NCBI GenBank assembly: GCA_963803705.1
Contig: CAWDNU010000001.1
Location: 160,001 to 224,000, forward strand
Reading direction: 5' to 3'
DNA: 64,000 nucleotides
From: an uncultured Pseudobdellovibrionaceae bacterium
Lineage (GTDB): Bacteria; Bdellovibrionota; Bdellovibrionia; Bdellovibrionales; UBA1609
Position 1 is the first letter of the stretch; the number at the start of each line of letters is the position of its first letter. Both the position numbers and the translations under genes were made by a program. Below, piece after piece: positions 31,883 to 43,965 of the stretch. Under the pieces are notes generated by a model. That model saw only the letters and a program-made list of their open reading frames with translations, was not told the DNA's origin and did no database searches.

Positions 31883-32572
31883 CTAATGATCATGCGACAT
31901 AGCCATGGACACATAAATCATTGATAAAATAGTAAAGACAAAGGCTTGCATGGCAGCAACAAAAAGTCCCATAAGATAAAAGGGCACAGGTATAACGTAG
32001 GGCACCAATTCCGTAAAAACACCCAACACCATGTGATCAGCGACCATGTTAGCTTTTAACCTAAGCCCCAAGGTCACCGGGCGAACAATATGTGAAAACA
32101 ATTCTACTACGAATATTGCTGGTGCTAACCACCAAATTGGACCCATAAATTGCTTAAAATATGACAAACCATGAACGTAAAAGCCAAAACCGTTGTAAAC
32201 AACAAAAATAAAAAGCCCTACAGCCATTCCTGTATTAATATTTTCAGTTGCTGGAGCCATGCCTGGGAACAGACCAAAAATATTATTTATAAAAATAAAA
32301 AAGAAGATCGTAGTGAACATCGGAACAAAGGCCCTGCCTTCGTGACCAATGACCGTTTCAGCTAAAGAGGCGTTGAACTCTGTAAGCTGCTCGAATACGC
32401 CCTTTAACGAGAAGCCCTTGGCCGGCACGACAGATTCTTTACCTTGGCCCAAGGCCAAGCGACCTAAAGAAGCAAGAACGAACATAAGGCTAACTGAAAT
32501 GACAGACGTGGCTATATGAACATTGGCGTGCGTAACACCAGGAACTTGTTCAACCCAATTAAATGCAGACAT
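31883..32572 (-). CDS. atpB: ATP synthase F0 subunit a
   Basis: RPVTLGLRLKANM and MQAFVFTILS. Confidence 0.95.
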   Translation of the reverse strand: MSAFNWVEQVPGVTHANVHIATSVISVSLMFVLASLGRLALGQGKESVVPAKGFSLKGVFEQLTEFNASLAETVIGHEGRAFVPMFTTIFFFIFINNIFGLFPGMAPATENINTGMAVGLFIFVVYNGFGFYVHGLSYFKQFMGPIWWLAPAIFVVELFSHIVRPVTLGLRLKANMVADHMVLGVFTELVPYVIPVPFYLMGLFVAAMQAFVFTILSMIYVSMAMSHDH

Positions 32573-32604
32573 TAATATCACCCAAAATTATAACTTTACT
32601 CTGT

Positions 32605-32952
32605 TTATAAATTTCTATAACTCAAAATTACTAAACAAGGCAATACAATTAACACACCAACAAGAAAAGAATGCATATGGTATTCAGGCATCTTAAAAAG
32701 AAAATAAATTGCACCGATGGTAATAGGCACCTTGGCGGATAAAACCAGAATGCCCACAATAGGATTACCACCCCATAATAGTAGTTTGACTGATAGGTAT
32801 GTAGTGGTTCCTAAAAAAAACATCAGCAAAGTGCCCAGGCATAGGCTTAAGTTAGATTTTGTGAAATAAACAGCTAATAGAAGTTGGGCAGTGAAAACTA
32901 CAAAAACAATTAAAAAATTAAGTCTAACCATTTTTGCACTATTTTCTAGCAT
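32605..32952 (-). CDS. AtpI-like four-TM protein
   Basis: Four hydrophobic segments directly upstream of atpB. Confidence 0.65.
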   Translation of the reverse strand: MLENSAKMVRLNFLIVFVVFTAQLLLAVYFTKSNLSLCLGTLLMFFLGTTTYLSVKLLLWGGNPIVGILVLSAKVPITIGAIYFLFKMPEYHMHSFLVGVLIVLPCLVILSYRNL

Positions 32953-33196
32953 CTTTATCAATACTATTTAAAGTAACCACGACTCTATAAATCCACAGAC
33001 CGGTAAACAGAAATATAAAAATGGCGACTCCTAAGCCTTTTAAGTCTATTTTCGATTCAACCCATCTTCCTATAATGACAGCCAGAATTACATAAACTAA
33101 AATTTCGAATGCCAGCGAGGATAGCTTTGTATAGGTCTTTAATGACGACTTATTACCAGCCTCGATCTTGAACCTATCTTCTTCTTTTTTGTCCAG
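32939..33196 (-). CDS. AtpZ/AtpI-family two-TM protein, absent from the ORF track, start uncertain
   Basis: Hand translation YTKLSSLAFEILVYVILAVIIGRWVESKIDLKGLGVAIFIFLFTGLWIYRVV..KDARK*; no in-frame ATG/GTG/TTG before the first helix. Confidence 0.7.
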   Translation of the reverse strand: MDKKEEDRFKIEAGNKSSLKTYTKLSSLAFEILVYVILAVIIGRWVESKIDLKGLGVAIFIFLFTGLWIYRVVVTLNSIDKDARK

Positions 33197-34007
33197 TGGG
33201 ACCCCCGGGTTGAAGCTCTAATCTCTTTTGCATTTTTTCAATCTGGCTTTCTATAAAAATTGCAGCTACTGGATCCTTATTTTCATTTTTGTATCTATTT
33301 AACGCATCTAAGGCCTGCTGATATTGATTACTTTCACGGTAAGCTACAGATAGTAGAATTGGGATCTGCTGTTTATTAGATTCTTTTGGAAAAACTTCGA
33401 TGGCCTCTTTTAAGGGTATTACAGCCTCGATATATTTTAGCAAGCCCATCAATGCCTGTGAATGTAGAATTGATGCCTCGACAAATTTCTCTTTGCTTAG
33501 AATCTTGTTAGTAGCCTTCTGGTCTTTATTTAGGCTCTCAATCTCTGTAATTGATTGCTGATACTCTCGTTTATAATAGTACGACCGACTAATCTTAACT
33601 TTGGATTCAACACAAAGTAACTGGTCCGTGCAATTTTCTACGACTTCTGAGTAATGAGTTAAAGCATTTTCATAGTCTTGTAGATGGGTGAAATAAATAT
33701 TGCCTATTTTAAAATGATAGGATTCAAGCTCTTTTCTTGAGGACGCCAGAGGTAACAGCTCGTTCAAACTATTTATTGCGCAATTAAAGTCTTGTAGTTT
33801 TCTTTCGCAAATATCTGCTACAAGCTTTAAAGCCTCGACTTTTTGACCCTTGGTCTTAGCCTTGCTAATAGCCTTCATTGTCAGATTCAAGGCGTCTGTT
33901 GGCTTATCCTGTGCGGAAAGCTTTTTTGCCTTATCGATAGTTGATTCAAATGAAGAGCAAGATATCAAAAAAATAAGAATTAAAAGAATAGGGCTAAGCT
34001 TCTTCAT
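33174..34007 (-). CDS. TPR-repeat lipoprotein
   Basis: LISC lipobox and TPR-like helices (FKIGNIYF..DYENALTHY). Confidence 0.8.
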   Translation of the reverse strand: MKKLSPILLILIFLISCSSFESTIDKAKKLSAQDKPTDALNLTMKAISKAKTKGQKVEALKLVADICERKLQDFNCAINSLNELLPLASSRKELESYHFKIGNIYFTHLQDYENALTHYSEVVENCTDQLLCVESKVKISRSYYYKREYQQSITEIESLNKDQKATNKILSKEKFVEASILHSQALMGLLKYIEAVIPLKEAIEVFPKESNKQQIPILLSVAYRESNQYQQALDALNRYKNENKDPVAAIFIESQIEKMQKRLELQPGGPTGQKRRR

Positions 34008-34015
34008 TTTTTAAT

Positions 34016-36487
34016 CTATTGATCTGCCTGTTCTAAGTCATTCACTTCACCATCATCGTCCTGGATCAAAGCAACTCCTGTTACGTGTTCCCCTACGTTG
34101 AGATTAATAACTCTAACTCCCTGGGTGTTTCTACCGTAAATAGAAATATCTTTAACTTTAGTTCTAATGGTTTGGCCTTCATTTGTGGTCACTAAAATAT
34201 TGTCAGTCTCTTGAACCTTTTTGACACTTACAACTTCACCTACTTTATCTGTGATTTTTTGAGTGATTATTCCAACCCCACCTCTGGATTGTTTTCTATA
34301 TTCGTCCAAAGCTGTTCGTTTACCGTAACCCTTCTTGGTGATAATTAGAATTGTGGCTGTGTCTTCTGCATCTATAACCTCTGCTCCAACTACTTCGTCA
34401 CCTTTACCTAAGGTTATGCCTTTCACACCTCTGGCAGATCTTCCCATAGGCCTTGCATTACTTTCATCGAATCGTATAGACATTCCTTTTTTAGTGACAA
34501 TCACCACTTCGTTTTTGCCGTTTGTCATACGACTGTTCACAAGATTATCATCAAGGTCGATCTTGACCGCGATAAGACCTGATGGTCTTGGTCTGGAAAA
34601 TTCGGCAAGTGACGTTTTCTTTATAATTCCTTTTTTTGTTACTGAGATGACAAAGCAGTCCGGGTCAAATGTATCAACAGGCAATATCGCATTAACATTT
34701 TCACCCTGAGCAAACTGAACAATATTGTTAATAGATCGTCCTTTTGCGGTCCGACTTCCTTTTGGAACTCTATAAGCTTTCAACCAATAAAGTTTTCCTT
34801 TATCAGAATAGACTAGCAAAGTCGTATGAGTTGTGACGCTAAATACCTCTGACACAAAGTCAGCTTCTTTTGCTCCGCTGCCCTTTAGCCCTTTGCCTCC
34901 TCTTCGCTGAACACGATATTCGTCAAGATCTATACGCTTGATGTAACCCGTATTAGTTAAAGAGATAATTACATCTTCCTCGGCAATTAGGTCTTCGTCA
35001 TCAATTTCTTCGTTGGCCTCTTCGATGACAGTAAGTCTTGGATTGGCATATTTACTTTTAATTTCTGTAAGCTCTTCCGAAATTATTTTATAAACTTCAT
35101 TTACATCTGACAAAACTTTTTTTAACCATTCGACAGTTTTTAAAATCTGAGTGAGTTCATCTTCAATTTTATCTCTTTCTAATCCAGTTAGTCTTTGTAG
35201 CCTCATCTCTAAAATTGCTTGAGACTGCCTTTCTGAGAAAGAAAATTGGCTTATCAAATTTTGTTTAGCCAATGCGGTCTCTTTAGAAGCTCTTATTGTT
35301 TTAATTACTTCGTCAATTTGATCAAGCGCACGTTTTAGACCTTCTAAAATATGTGCTCTTGCTTCAGCTTTTTTAAGATCAAAAATTGAACGACGCGTAA
35401 CAACGTCTCTTCTGTGTTCAACGAAGGCTTCTAAAACTTGTTTTAAGTTAAAAACTTTAGGTTGGTTTCTTGCATCTAAAGCCAAGGTTATTATACCAAA
35501 GCTCACTTGCATCTGGGTGAATTTGTAAAGCTGATTTAATATAACTTGTCCGTTTTCGCCACGCTTAACTTTGATAACAATTCGCATACCTTCACGGCTT
35601 GATTCATCTCGAATGTCGGTAATACCTTCTATCTTTTTATCCCTAACTAAATTAGCAATAGATTCGATCAATCGCGCTTTGTTAACTTGATAAGGGATTT
35701 CTGTGACTACAATGAATTCTTGGTCTTTCTTGATTTCTATTTCTGCAACTGATTTTAAAGTTATTACGCCCCGACCAGTTTTGTAAGCCTGCAAAATTCC
35801 CTTTCTTCCAGAAATTATTCCGTGGGTGGGAAAATCAGGACCTGGTATGAGCTCGATCAGTTCATCTAATGAACTGTCAGGATTTTCAATAAGTCTTAGG
35901 CAACCATCAATGACTTCACCTAAATTGTGCGGAGGGATATTTGTAGCCATCCCAACCGCGATACCAGAGCTGCCGTTAACCAGAAGATTTGGGTACTTAG
36001 CAGGAAGTACTGTAGGAATCATCAAAGAATCATCATAGTTAGGTACAAAATCTACTGTGTCTTTGTTGATATCTTGCAGCAGTTCTTCAGCAAGCTTTGT
36101 CATACGGACTTCTGTGTAACGTTGTGCTGCAGGGCTGTCCCCGTCTATAGAGCCAAAGTTACCTTGGCCATCAATCAAGCATTCTCGCATTGAAAACTCT
36201 TGAGCCATACGGACCATCGTATCGTAAACTGCTGTGTCACCATGTGGGTGATACTTCCCAATCACATCTCCAACAACTCGGGCAGATTTTTTGTATGGTT
36301 TATCATGCGTATTTTTTAGATCATTCATTGCAAATAAGATTCTTTTATGAACAGGCTTTAAACCATCTCGCACATCAGGAAGTGCTCGGCCAACTATGAC
36401 ACTCATAGAGTATTGTAAGTAAGCTTCTTTCATCTCTTTATTTATATCAACGTTTATTACATTTGAAATTGAATTGGTATTGTCCAT
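34016..36487 (-). CDS. gyrA: DNA gyrase subunit A
   Basis: RALPDVRDGLKPV, YHPHGD, AAQRYTE and GyrA-box QRRGGKG. Confidence 0.98.
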   Translation of the reverse strand: MDNTNSISNVINVDINKEMKEAYLQYSMSVIVGRALPDVRDGLKPVHKRILFAMNDLKNTHDKPYKKSARVVGDVIGKYHPHGDTAVYDTMVRMAQEFSMRECLIDGQGNFGSIDGDSPAAQRYTEVRMTKLAEELLQDINKDTVDFVPNYDDSLMIPTVLPAKYPNLLVNGSSGIAVGMATNIPPHNLGEVIDGCLRLIENPDSSLDELIELIPGPDFPTHGIISGRKGILQAYKTGRGVITLKSVAEIEIKKDQEFIVVTEIPYQVNKARLIESIANLVRDKKIEGITDIRDESSREGMRIVIKVKRGENGQVILNQLYKFTQMQVSFGIITLALDARNQPKVFNLKQVLEAFVEHRRDVVTRRSIFDLKKAEARAHILEGLKRALDQIDEVIKTIRASKETALAKQNLISQFSFSERQSQAILEMRLQRLTGLERDKIEDELTQILKTVEWLKKVLSDVNEVYKIISEELTEIKSKYANPRLTVIEEANEEIDDEDLIAEEDVIISLTNTGYIKRIDLDEYRVQRRGGKGLKGSGAKEADFVSEVFSVTTHTTLLVYSDKGKLYWLKAYRVPKGSRTAKGRSINNIVQFAQGENVNAILPVDTFDPDCFVISVTKKGIIKKTSLAEFSRPRPSGLIAVKIDLDDNLVNSRMTNGKNEVVIVTKKGMSIRFDESNARPMGRSARGVKGITLGKGDEVVGAEVIDAEDTATILIITKKGYGKRTALDEYRKQSRGGVGIITQKITDKVGEVVSVKKVQETDNILVTTNEGQTIRTKVKDISIYGRNTQGVRVINLNVGEHVTGVALIQDDDGEVNDLEQADQ

Positions 36488-38935
<2,448 letters not shown>

Positions 38936-38950
38936 CTACACTTTTGGTAA

Positions 38951-40090
38951 TCACTTATCTAAGTTTAGAATTCTGCCGTCTTCTATTTTGAACTGACTGT
39001 GAGGACCCATGGATTTTTCCATATTGTTCGACTTATCTGTTGTTGTGATTACTATTTGTGAATTTATACTTTTTAAAAAGTCCACAAGCCTAATCCTCTT
39101 CTTTTCATCCAATTCAGACATTACATCATCGAGCAACAAAACGGGTCTTTCTTTTCTAACATGAAACCTATATAAAACTTCTGCTATCTTGAAAGCGATT
39201 ATTAAACCACGCTGTTGGCCTTGTGAACAATAATAACGCGAGTCCTTCCCGTTCAGAATAAACTCAACCTCGTGCTTGTGTGGACCCACAAGGCTATACC
39301 CAGTGGCAAGTTCAGCTTCGTAAAGTCTTTTAAGTCCAAGGTTCAAATTTTCGGTGATTTTTTGAGCATCGTACTCCTTAATTTCAGTTTTTGATGCGAT
39401 GTATCTAAAGCTGAAGCTAGTTTGCTCTCCAAACATAAAATTTGTCGCATCTTGAATGTAAGGTTCAAACTTTTTCAAAAAGAATAACCTTAGTTCTATA
39501 AGGTCCAAAGCTTGCTTTAAAAAAATATCATTTAATGCTTCCAGTACCTGTCGAACCTGGGAAATATTTTTTAATCCTTTCTTAATATCACTTAATACTT
39601 TGTTACGGGCTCTTAATATTTTCTTATACTGAGAAACTGACTTTGAAAATTCAGGCAAACTTTCAATAAACTCATCAATAAGCTGCCTCCTTTCAGAAGG
39701 ACCATTTTTTATGGCGGACAGACTTTCTGGACTAAACAGCACAATCGGACAAATTGTTGATATCTTTGTTGAAATTGTGCGTTTCTGATTTAACCAAACC
39801 GTTTTCTTATCGTTTTTTAATTCTATTTTTAAATAATTATTAACGAAATTTAAATCTAGAAAATTTGATTTTATAACAGTATTTAGTGACCCTTCTAGTG
39901 TTTCGTTTAAACAATGGGTAATATCTAGGGTTCTAAATGATTTACCCTTAGAGAATAAATATAAGCTTTCTAAAAAGTTTGTTTTACCCTGAGCATTTTC
40001 TCCATAAAAAATATTTACACCGTTTTCTAATAAGATCTCTTCTTTCTTAAAATTTCTAAAACTTTGTAATTCAACTTTTTGGAACGACAT
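38951..40090 (-). CDS. recF: DNA replication/repair protein RecF
   Basis: GENAQGKTN, SQGQQR and LLDDVMSELD. Confidence 0.96.
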   Translation of the reverse strand: MSFQKVELQSFRNFKKEEILLENGVNIFYGENAQGKTNFLESLYLFSKGKSFRTLDITHCLNETLEGSLNTVIKSNFLDLNFVNNYLKIELKNDKKTVWLNQKRTISTKISTICPIVLFSPESLSAIKNGPSERRQLIDEFIESLPEFSKSVSQYKKILRARNKVLSDIKKGLKNISQVRQVLEALNDIFLKQALDLIELRLFFLKKFEPYIQDATNFMFGEQTSFSFRYIASKTEIKEYDAQKITENLNLGLKRLYEAELATGYSLVGPHKHEVEFILNGKDSRYYCSQGQQRGLIIAFKIAEVLYRFHVRKERPVLLLDDVMSELDEKKRIRLVDFLKSINSQIVITTTDKSNNMEKSMGPHSQFKIEDGRILNLDK

Positions 40091-40101
40091 CAGGTATTAA
40101 C

Positions 40102-41223
40102 TTAAATTCTCATAGGCATGACTATGCACTTATAGTCATTATCTAAGGTTGGTTTAATGAGCCCTGGTGACAATTGGTCGTTCAGCGAGATCGAAAGGTT
40201 TTCATCGTCGAAACTGGACAAGATATCCAGAACATATCTTGCGTTGAAGCCTATTTTTATATTTTCACCTTTATAATTAATTTCTATTTCTTCCTTAGCG
40301 TCGCCCATTTCTGGATTGTTTGATGTGATTTCCATCTTTCCATCAGTTAAAGAAAACGTAACTCCTTTAGATTTTTGATTGGATAGAAGTGAAACTCTTT
40401 TTAAAGAAGAAAGCAAATTTTCTCTGGGAACTTCAAGTGATAAACCAAGTTTTTGTGGAATAAGTTGCTGATAATTTGGATATTTGCCTTCAATTAGTCT
40501 TATAAATAAATACGTCTTGTTAGATCTCACTATCAGCTGAGCACCTTCAACCGCCATCTCTAAGTCGCCATCCGTTAAATCTAATATCTTCTTTAATTCG
40601 TGCAATCCTTTTTTAGGAATAATTATTCCAGATCCTAGATCAAAACTTTCAGATATCTTATCTATTTCCCTATCAACCAAACTTAATCTGTGGCCGTCTG
40701 TAGCAACCATTCTAAAATACTTTTTATTGTCCTTACTCTGCTTTTCAAAAAAAACCCCGTTCAAATGGTATCTAGTTTCATCATTCGAAACACTATAAAT
40801 TGTTTTTTCAATCATTTCGGACATTACAGCTGAATTAATTTTTGTGAATTTATCTGTGGATAGTGTTGGAAAGACTGGGTACTCCTCTGGATTCAGTCCT
40901 ACAATATTAAATACACTTTTCCCCTGAGATATTTCTATCCAATGATTCTTCTTTTTTTCAAAAGATACAAGTCCATCAGGAAGTTCTTTTAAAATATCAA
41001 AGAGACTTTTTGCGTTTATTACAGCTTTTCCTTCTTCTTTGACTTCACATACAACTTCGTCTGTTAGACTGACTTCTAGATCTGTTGCGTATATTTTCAA
41101 AGTATTATTCTGAGACTCAAGAAGTACATTTACTAACACTTGCATAGTATTTCTTTTTTCGACAACATTTTGGGCTTTTGAAATAAGGTTTAAGAATTCC
41201 TTTTTATCTACCTGAATTTTCAT
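40102..41223 (-). CDS. dnaN: DNA polymerase III beta clamp
   Basis: ATDLE, ATDGHRL, GKYPNY and VMPMRI. Confidence 0.98.
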   Translation of the reverse strand: MKIQVDKKEFLNLISKAQNVVEKRNTMQVLVNVLLESQNNTLKIYATDLEVSLTDEVVCEVKEEGKAVINAKSLFDILKELPDGLVSFEKKKNHWIEISQGKSVFNIVGLNPEEYPVFPTLSTDKFTKINSAVMSEMIEKTIYSVSNDETRYHLNGVFFEKQSKDNKKYFRMVATDGHRLSLVDREIDKISESFDLGSGIIIPKKGLHELKKILDLTDGDLEMAVEGAQLIVRSNKTYLFIRLIEGKYPNYQQLIPQKLGLSLEVPRENLLSSLKRVSLLSNQKSKGVTFSLTDGKMEITSNNPEMGDAKEEIEINYKGENIKIGFNARYVLDILSSFDDENLSISLNDQLSPGLIKPTLDNDYKCIVMPMRI

Positions 41224-41239
41224 ATTTTTTGTTCCTTTA

Positions 41240-41471
41240 ATTCCCTATATCTATATATATAAATAATAGTAATAGTAGTAGGGGCTGTTAGTATGCATAA
41301 AACTGAATTAACCTGTTGTAATTGCTAATAAAACTCTGTGGATAATCAACTGTACAATTTCGTCTTAACTTGCCACTTATCCACGGGTGAACATTACCCA
41401 CAAAGTTATACCTTAGATATCAACAACGCTATCCACAATAAACATTCACAGACCTGTGATGTTGTGGATAG
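41240..41471. other. Replication origin oriC (dnaA-dnaN intergenic region)
   Basis: DnaA boxes TGTGGATAA 41337-41345, TTATCCACG 41377-41385, TTACCCACA 41394-41402, CTATCCACA 41429-41437 and TGTGGATAG 41463-41471. DnaA-trio run TAATAGTAATAGTAGTAG 41264-41281 between a GGGC clamp and an AT tract. Confidence 0.88.
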
Positions 41472-42891
41472 AGGTCTCTAAGTCTTCGATATCACTTGAT
41501 AAATCTGGATCTTTAATGCGTTGACTCTCAATTCTTTTGATCGCATTTATAACAGTTGTGTGATCCTTGCCACCGAAGGCTCTACCGATCTCGACAAGTG
41601 ATTTATCCAAATGTTTTTTAATTAAATACATAGCAACTTGTCGTGCTGTCACGATTGGTTTGGTCCTTGATTTAGCCTTCAATTCTTGAATCCTGATTTT
41701 ATAATGTTCAGAAACTATTTTTTGAATATCCTCTATAGACAGGGCCTGCTGTTCGATGTGTGCAGCTAAAACCTTTTTGCACAATTCTAAATCGATAGAG
41801 TCACCATTCAGGTCAGAGTAAATTCTTACTTTGTTTAAATTACCCTCTAATTCACGAATTGATCGCTTAGAAATTTTAGCTAAGTAGTTTACAACTTCGT
41901 TAGACAGTTTTACCTTTTGTTCTTCGGCTTTGTATCTAAGTATAGCAACCCTTGTCTCAACATCGGGCATCTGGATGTCAGCTATAAGGCCCCATTCAAG
42001 GCGAGTGCGTATCCTGTCTTCCAAGCCTTTAATATCTTTAGGCATTCTGTCACTTGCTACCACAACTTGCCTCTTGGTTTCCAGATATTCGTTCAGCGTG
42101 TGAAAGAACTCTTCCTGAACAGCTTCCCCGCGCCCTAAGATCTGAATGTCATCAACCAACAACATATCTGCCTGATCACGGTATTTCTGCCTAAATTTAT
42201 GCATTTCCCCGCGTCGAATACTGGAGATACATTCGTTCAAAAATCTCTCAGCGGAGACATAACAGATTTTAATGCCCGGGCTCTTTGTTACTATATGAGT
42301 TCCTACCGCATTAATTAGATGAGTCTTACCCATACCTGTTGGTCCGCAGATAAATAATGGGTTGTAACGTCTTGATGCTGGATTTTCTGCTACGCTGTAG
42401 CAGGCAGCGTGGGCGAATTCATTATTGCGACCTACAACAAAACTTGAAAATGTGTAAGAGGGATCTAAATTATCAGAACTATTTTGTTTTGGATTATCGC
42501 TATAATTTCTAAAACTTAGATTAGGCTTGCTATTTGGATTGTTATAGGTTTTCGACTGATGTTGTTTTAGAGTCGACGCTAAAGACTGGCTTACTTCGAC
42601 GTCTTCATTGTTTTTTTGAGTTATTTTAGGATCAACGACAATTTTAACCTCAAAATTATTGCTATAAAACTGAGATATCTCCTGTCTGATCTGAGACATA
42701 AAATTCTGTGAAATCCAATACTCATGCAAATCAGTAGGAACTCCTAGTTCGAATTCTAGATCCCCGTCTTGATCATTGATTTTTAGTAATTCTGTAGGAA
42801 CTAGCCATAAATTTAATGGTCTATTATCAACACTTTTGTTTTGGAGATTCTTTTTCACCTTTTCCCAAAAATCATGATAATCAAGTTGCAA
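41446..42891 (-). CDS. dnaA: Chromosomal replication initiator
   Basis: YNPLFICGPTGMGKTHL, IRELEG and GGKDHTTV. Confidence 0.98.
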   Translation of the reverse strand: MQLDYHDFWEKVKKNLQNKSVDNRPLNLWLVPTELLKINDQDGDLEFELGVPTDLHEYWISQNFMSQIRQEISQFYSNNFEVKIVVDPKITQKNNEDVEVSQSLASTLKQHQSKTYNNPNSKPNLSFRNYSDNPKQNSSDNLDPSYTFSSFVVGRNNEFAHAACYSVAENPASRRYNPLFICGPTGMGKTHLINAVGTHIVTKSPGIKICYVSAERFLNECISSIRRGEMHKFRQKYRDQADMLLVDDIQILGRGEAVQEEFFHTLNEYLETKRQVVVASDRMPKDIKGLEDRIRTRLEWGLIADIQMPDVETRVAILRYKAEEQKVKLSNEVVNYLAKISKRSIRELEGNLNKVRIYSDLNGDSIDLELCKKVLAAHIEQQALSIEDIQKIVSEHYKIRIQELKAKSRTKPIVTARQVAMYLIKKHLDKSLVEIGRAFGGKDHTTVINAIKRIESQRIKDPDLSSDIEDLETSIHNITGL

Positions 42892-42977
42892 GCATCCCCC
42901 TAACTTAAACGTGTATTGTGAGCATCACTAAATAACCAAAACAATCGAGTATTTCGAGGTATTTTTGAAGAGCTATA

Positions 42978-43040
42978 TTTGTTAGCACGCCCTGTGGATA
43001 AGTCAAACACCTTGACCTGAGGTTCTGCAATGTGATTAAT
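42978..43040. promoter_or_regulatory. Divergent dnaA/rpmH promoter region with a DnaA box
   Basis: Perfect DnaA box TGTGGATAA 42993-43001 beside back-to-back -35-like hexamers: TTGACT (minus, 43001-43006) and TTGACC (plus, 43012-43017). Confidence 0.6.
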
Positions 43041-43174
43041 TGCGTCTTTACTCGATTGGGTCTAGTAGCAAGCCCGATTGAAACTCAAATAGATTGTATG
43101 CGGTTTCGCTTAATTTATGCATGTAAAGTCCCGGTAGCTAAAAACTATAAGGCTGGGACTGAAAGGAGAATATT

Positions 43175-43324
43175 GTGAAAAGGACGTATCAACCAAGTCG
43201 GAAAAAAAGAAAATCTACTCATGGTTTTAGAGCGCGAATGGAAACTAAAAGTGGTAGAGACGTTTTATCACGTCGAAGAGCTAAAGGAAGAAAAAGGTTA
43301 ACTGTTGCCGTTGGTGGAAAATAA
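43175..43324 (+). CDS. rpmH: 50S ribosomal protein L34, too short for the ORF track
   Basis: Hand translation [58 protein letters not shown]. Confidence 0.97.
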   Translation: MKRTYQPSRKKRKSTHGFRARMETKSGRDVLSRRRAKGRKRLTVAVGGK

Positions 43325-43667
43325 GTCACTTTTTGTACTAAAAAATTCTAAAGATTTTGAAATTTTAAAGTCTAAATGTTCGAAAGTTTTCTTAGAAAAA
43401 AAAATACTTGTTTGTTATTTTCCAAATAATCTAGGTTACCATCGTTTCGGCTGGACCCTTCCAAGATCTGTGGGAAATGCGGTGCTAAGAAATAGAATGA
43501 AACGATACGCTAGAGAGTTTTTTAGGTCACAAAATCACCTTATTTCCAATTCTAAACTTGATGTTAACTTAGTCTTTCTAAAAAGCGGTTCTCATCAGCT
43601 CAAAAAAATGGATTATAATGAGTTTCAAAAATTGCTTTTGCCATGTTGGCAAAAAATTACAATCTAA
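43314..43667 (+). CDS. rnpA: Ribonuclease P protein component
   Basis: [18 protein letters not shown] motif; directly after rpmH. Confidence 0.92.
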   Translation: MENKSLFVLKNSKDFEILKSKCSKVFLEKKILVCYFPNNLGYHRFGWTLPRSVGNAVLRNRMKRYAREFFRSQNHLISNSKLDVNLVFLKSGSHQLKKMDYNEFQKLLLPCWQKITI

Positions 43668-43965
43668 TCTGTTCAACACCTTGAACCCCTCGTTATTTTT
43701 AAGATCGCTTGCTCTATTTTTGATTGGATTTTACAGATCTTTGCTAACAGCTCATATGGGTGCTGGCGTTTGCAGGTTCGAACCTTCGTGCTCTACATAT
43801 GCTAATGAAGCATTCCTCAAATACCCTTTCTTTCTAGCCCTTAAACTTACCTTTTGCCGTTTCATAAAATGCAGACCGGGTTCAAGTTTCGGTTTTGATC
43901 CATTGCCCGCTATTGGACCTAATTCACCGGTGAAGCCTCAGGAGAATTCTAATGAACTCAAATAA
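43618..43965 (+). CDS. yidD: Membrane protein insertion efficiency factor; true start may be downstream
   Basis: CRFEPSCSTY, RFIKCRP and GFDP. Confidence 0.9.
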   Translation: MSFKNCFCHVGKKLQSNLFNTLNPSLFLRSLALFLIGFYRSLLTAHMGAGVCRFEPSCSTYANEAFLKYPFFLALKLTFCRFIKCRPGSSFGFDPLPAIGPNSPVKPQENSNELK

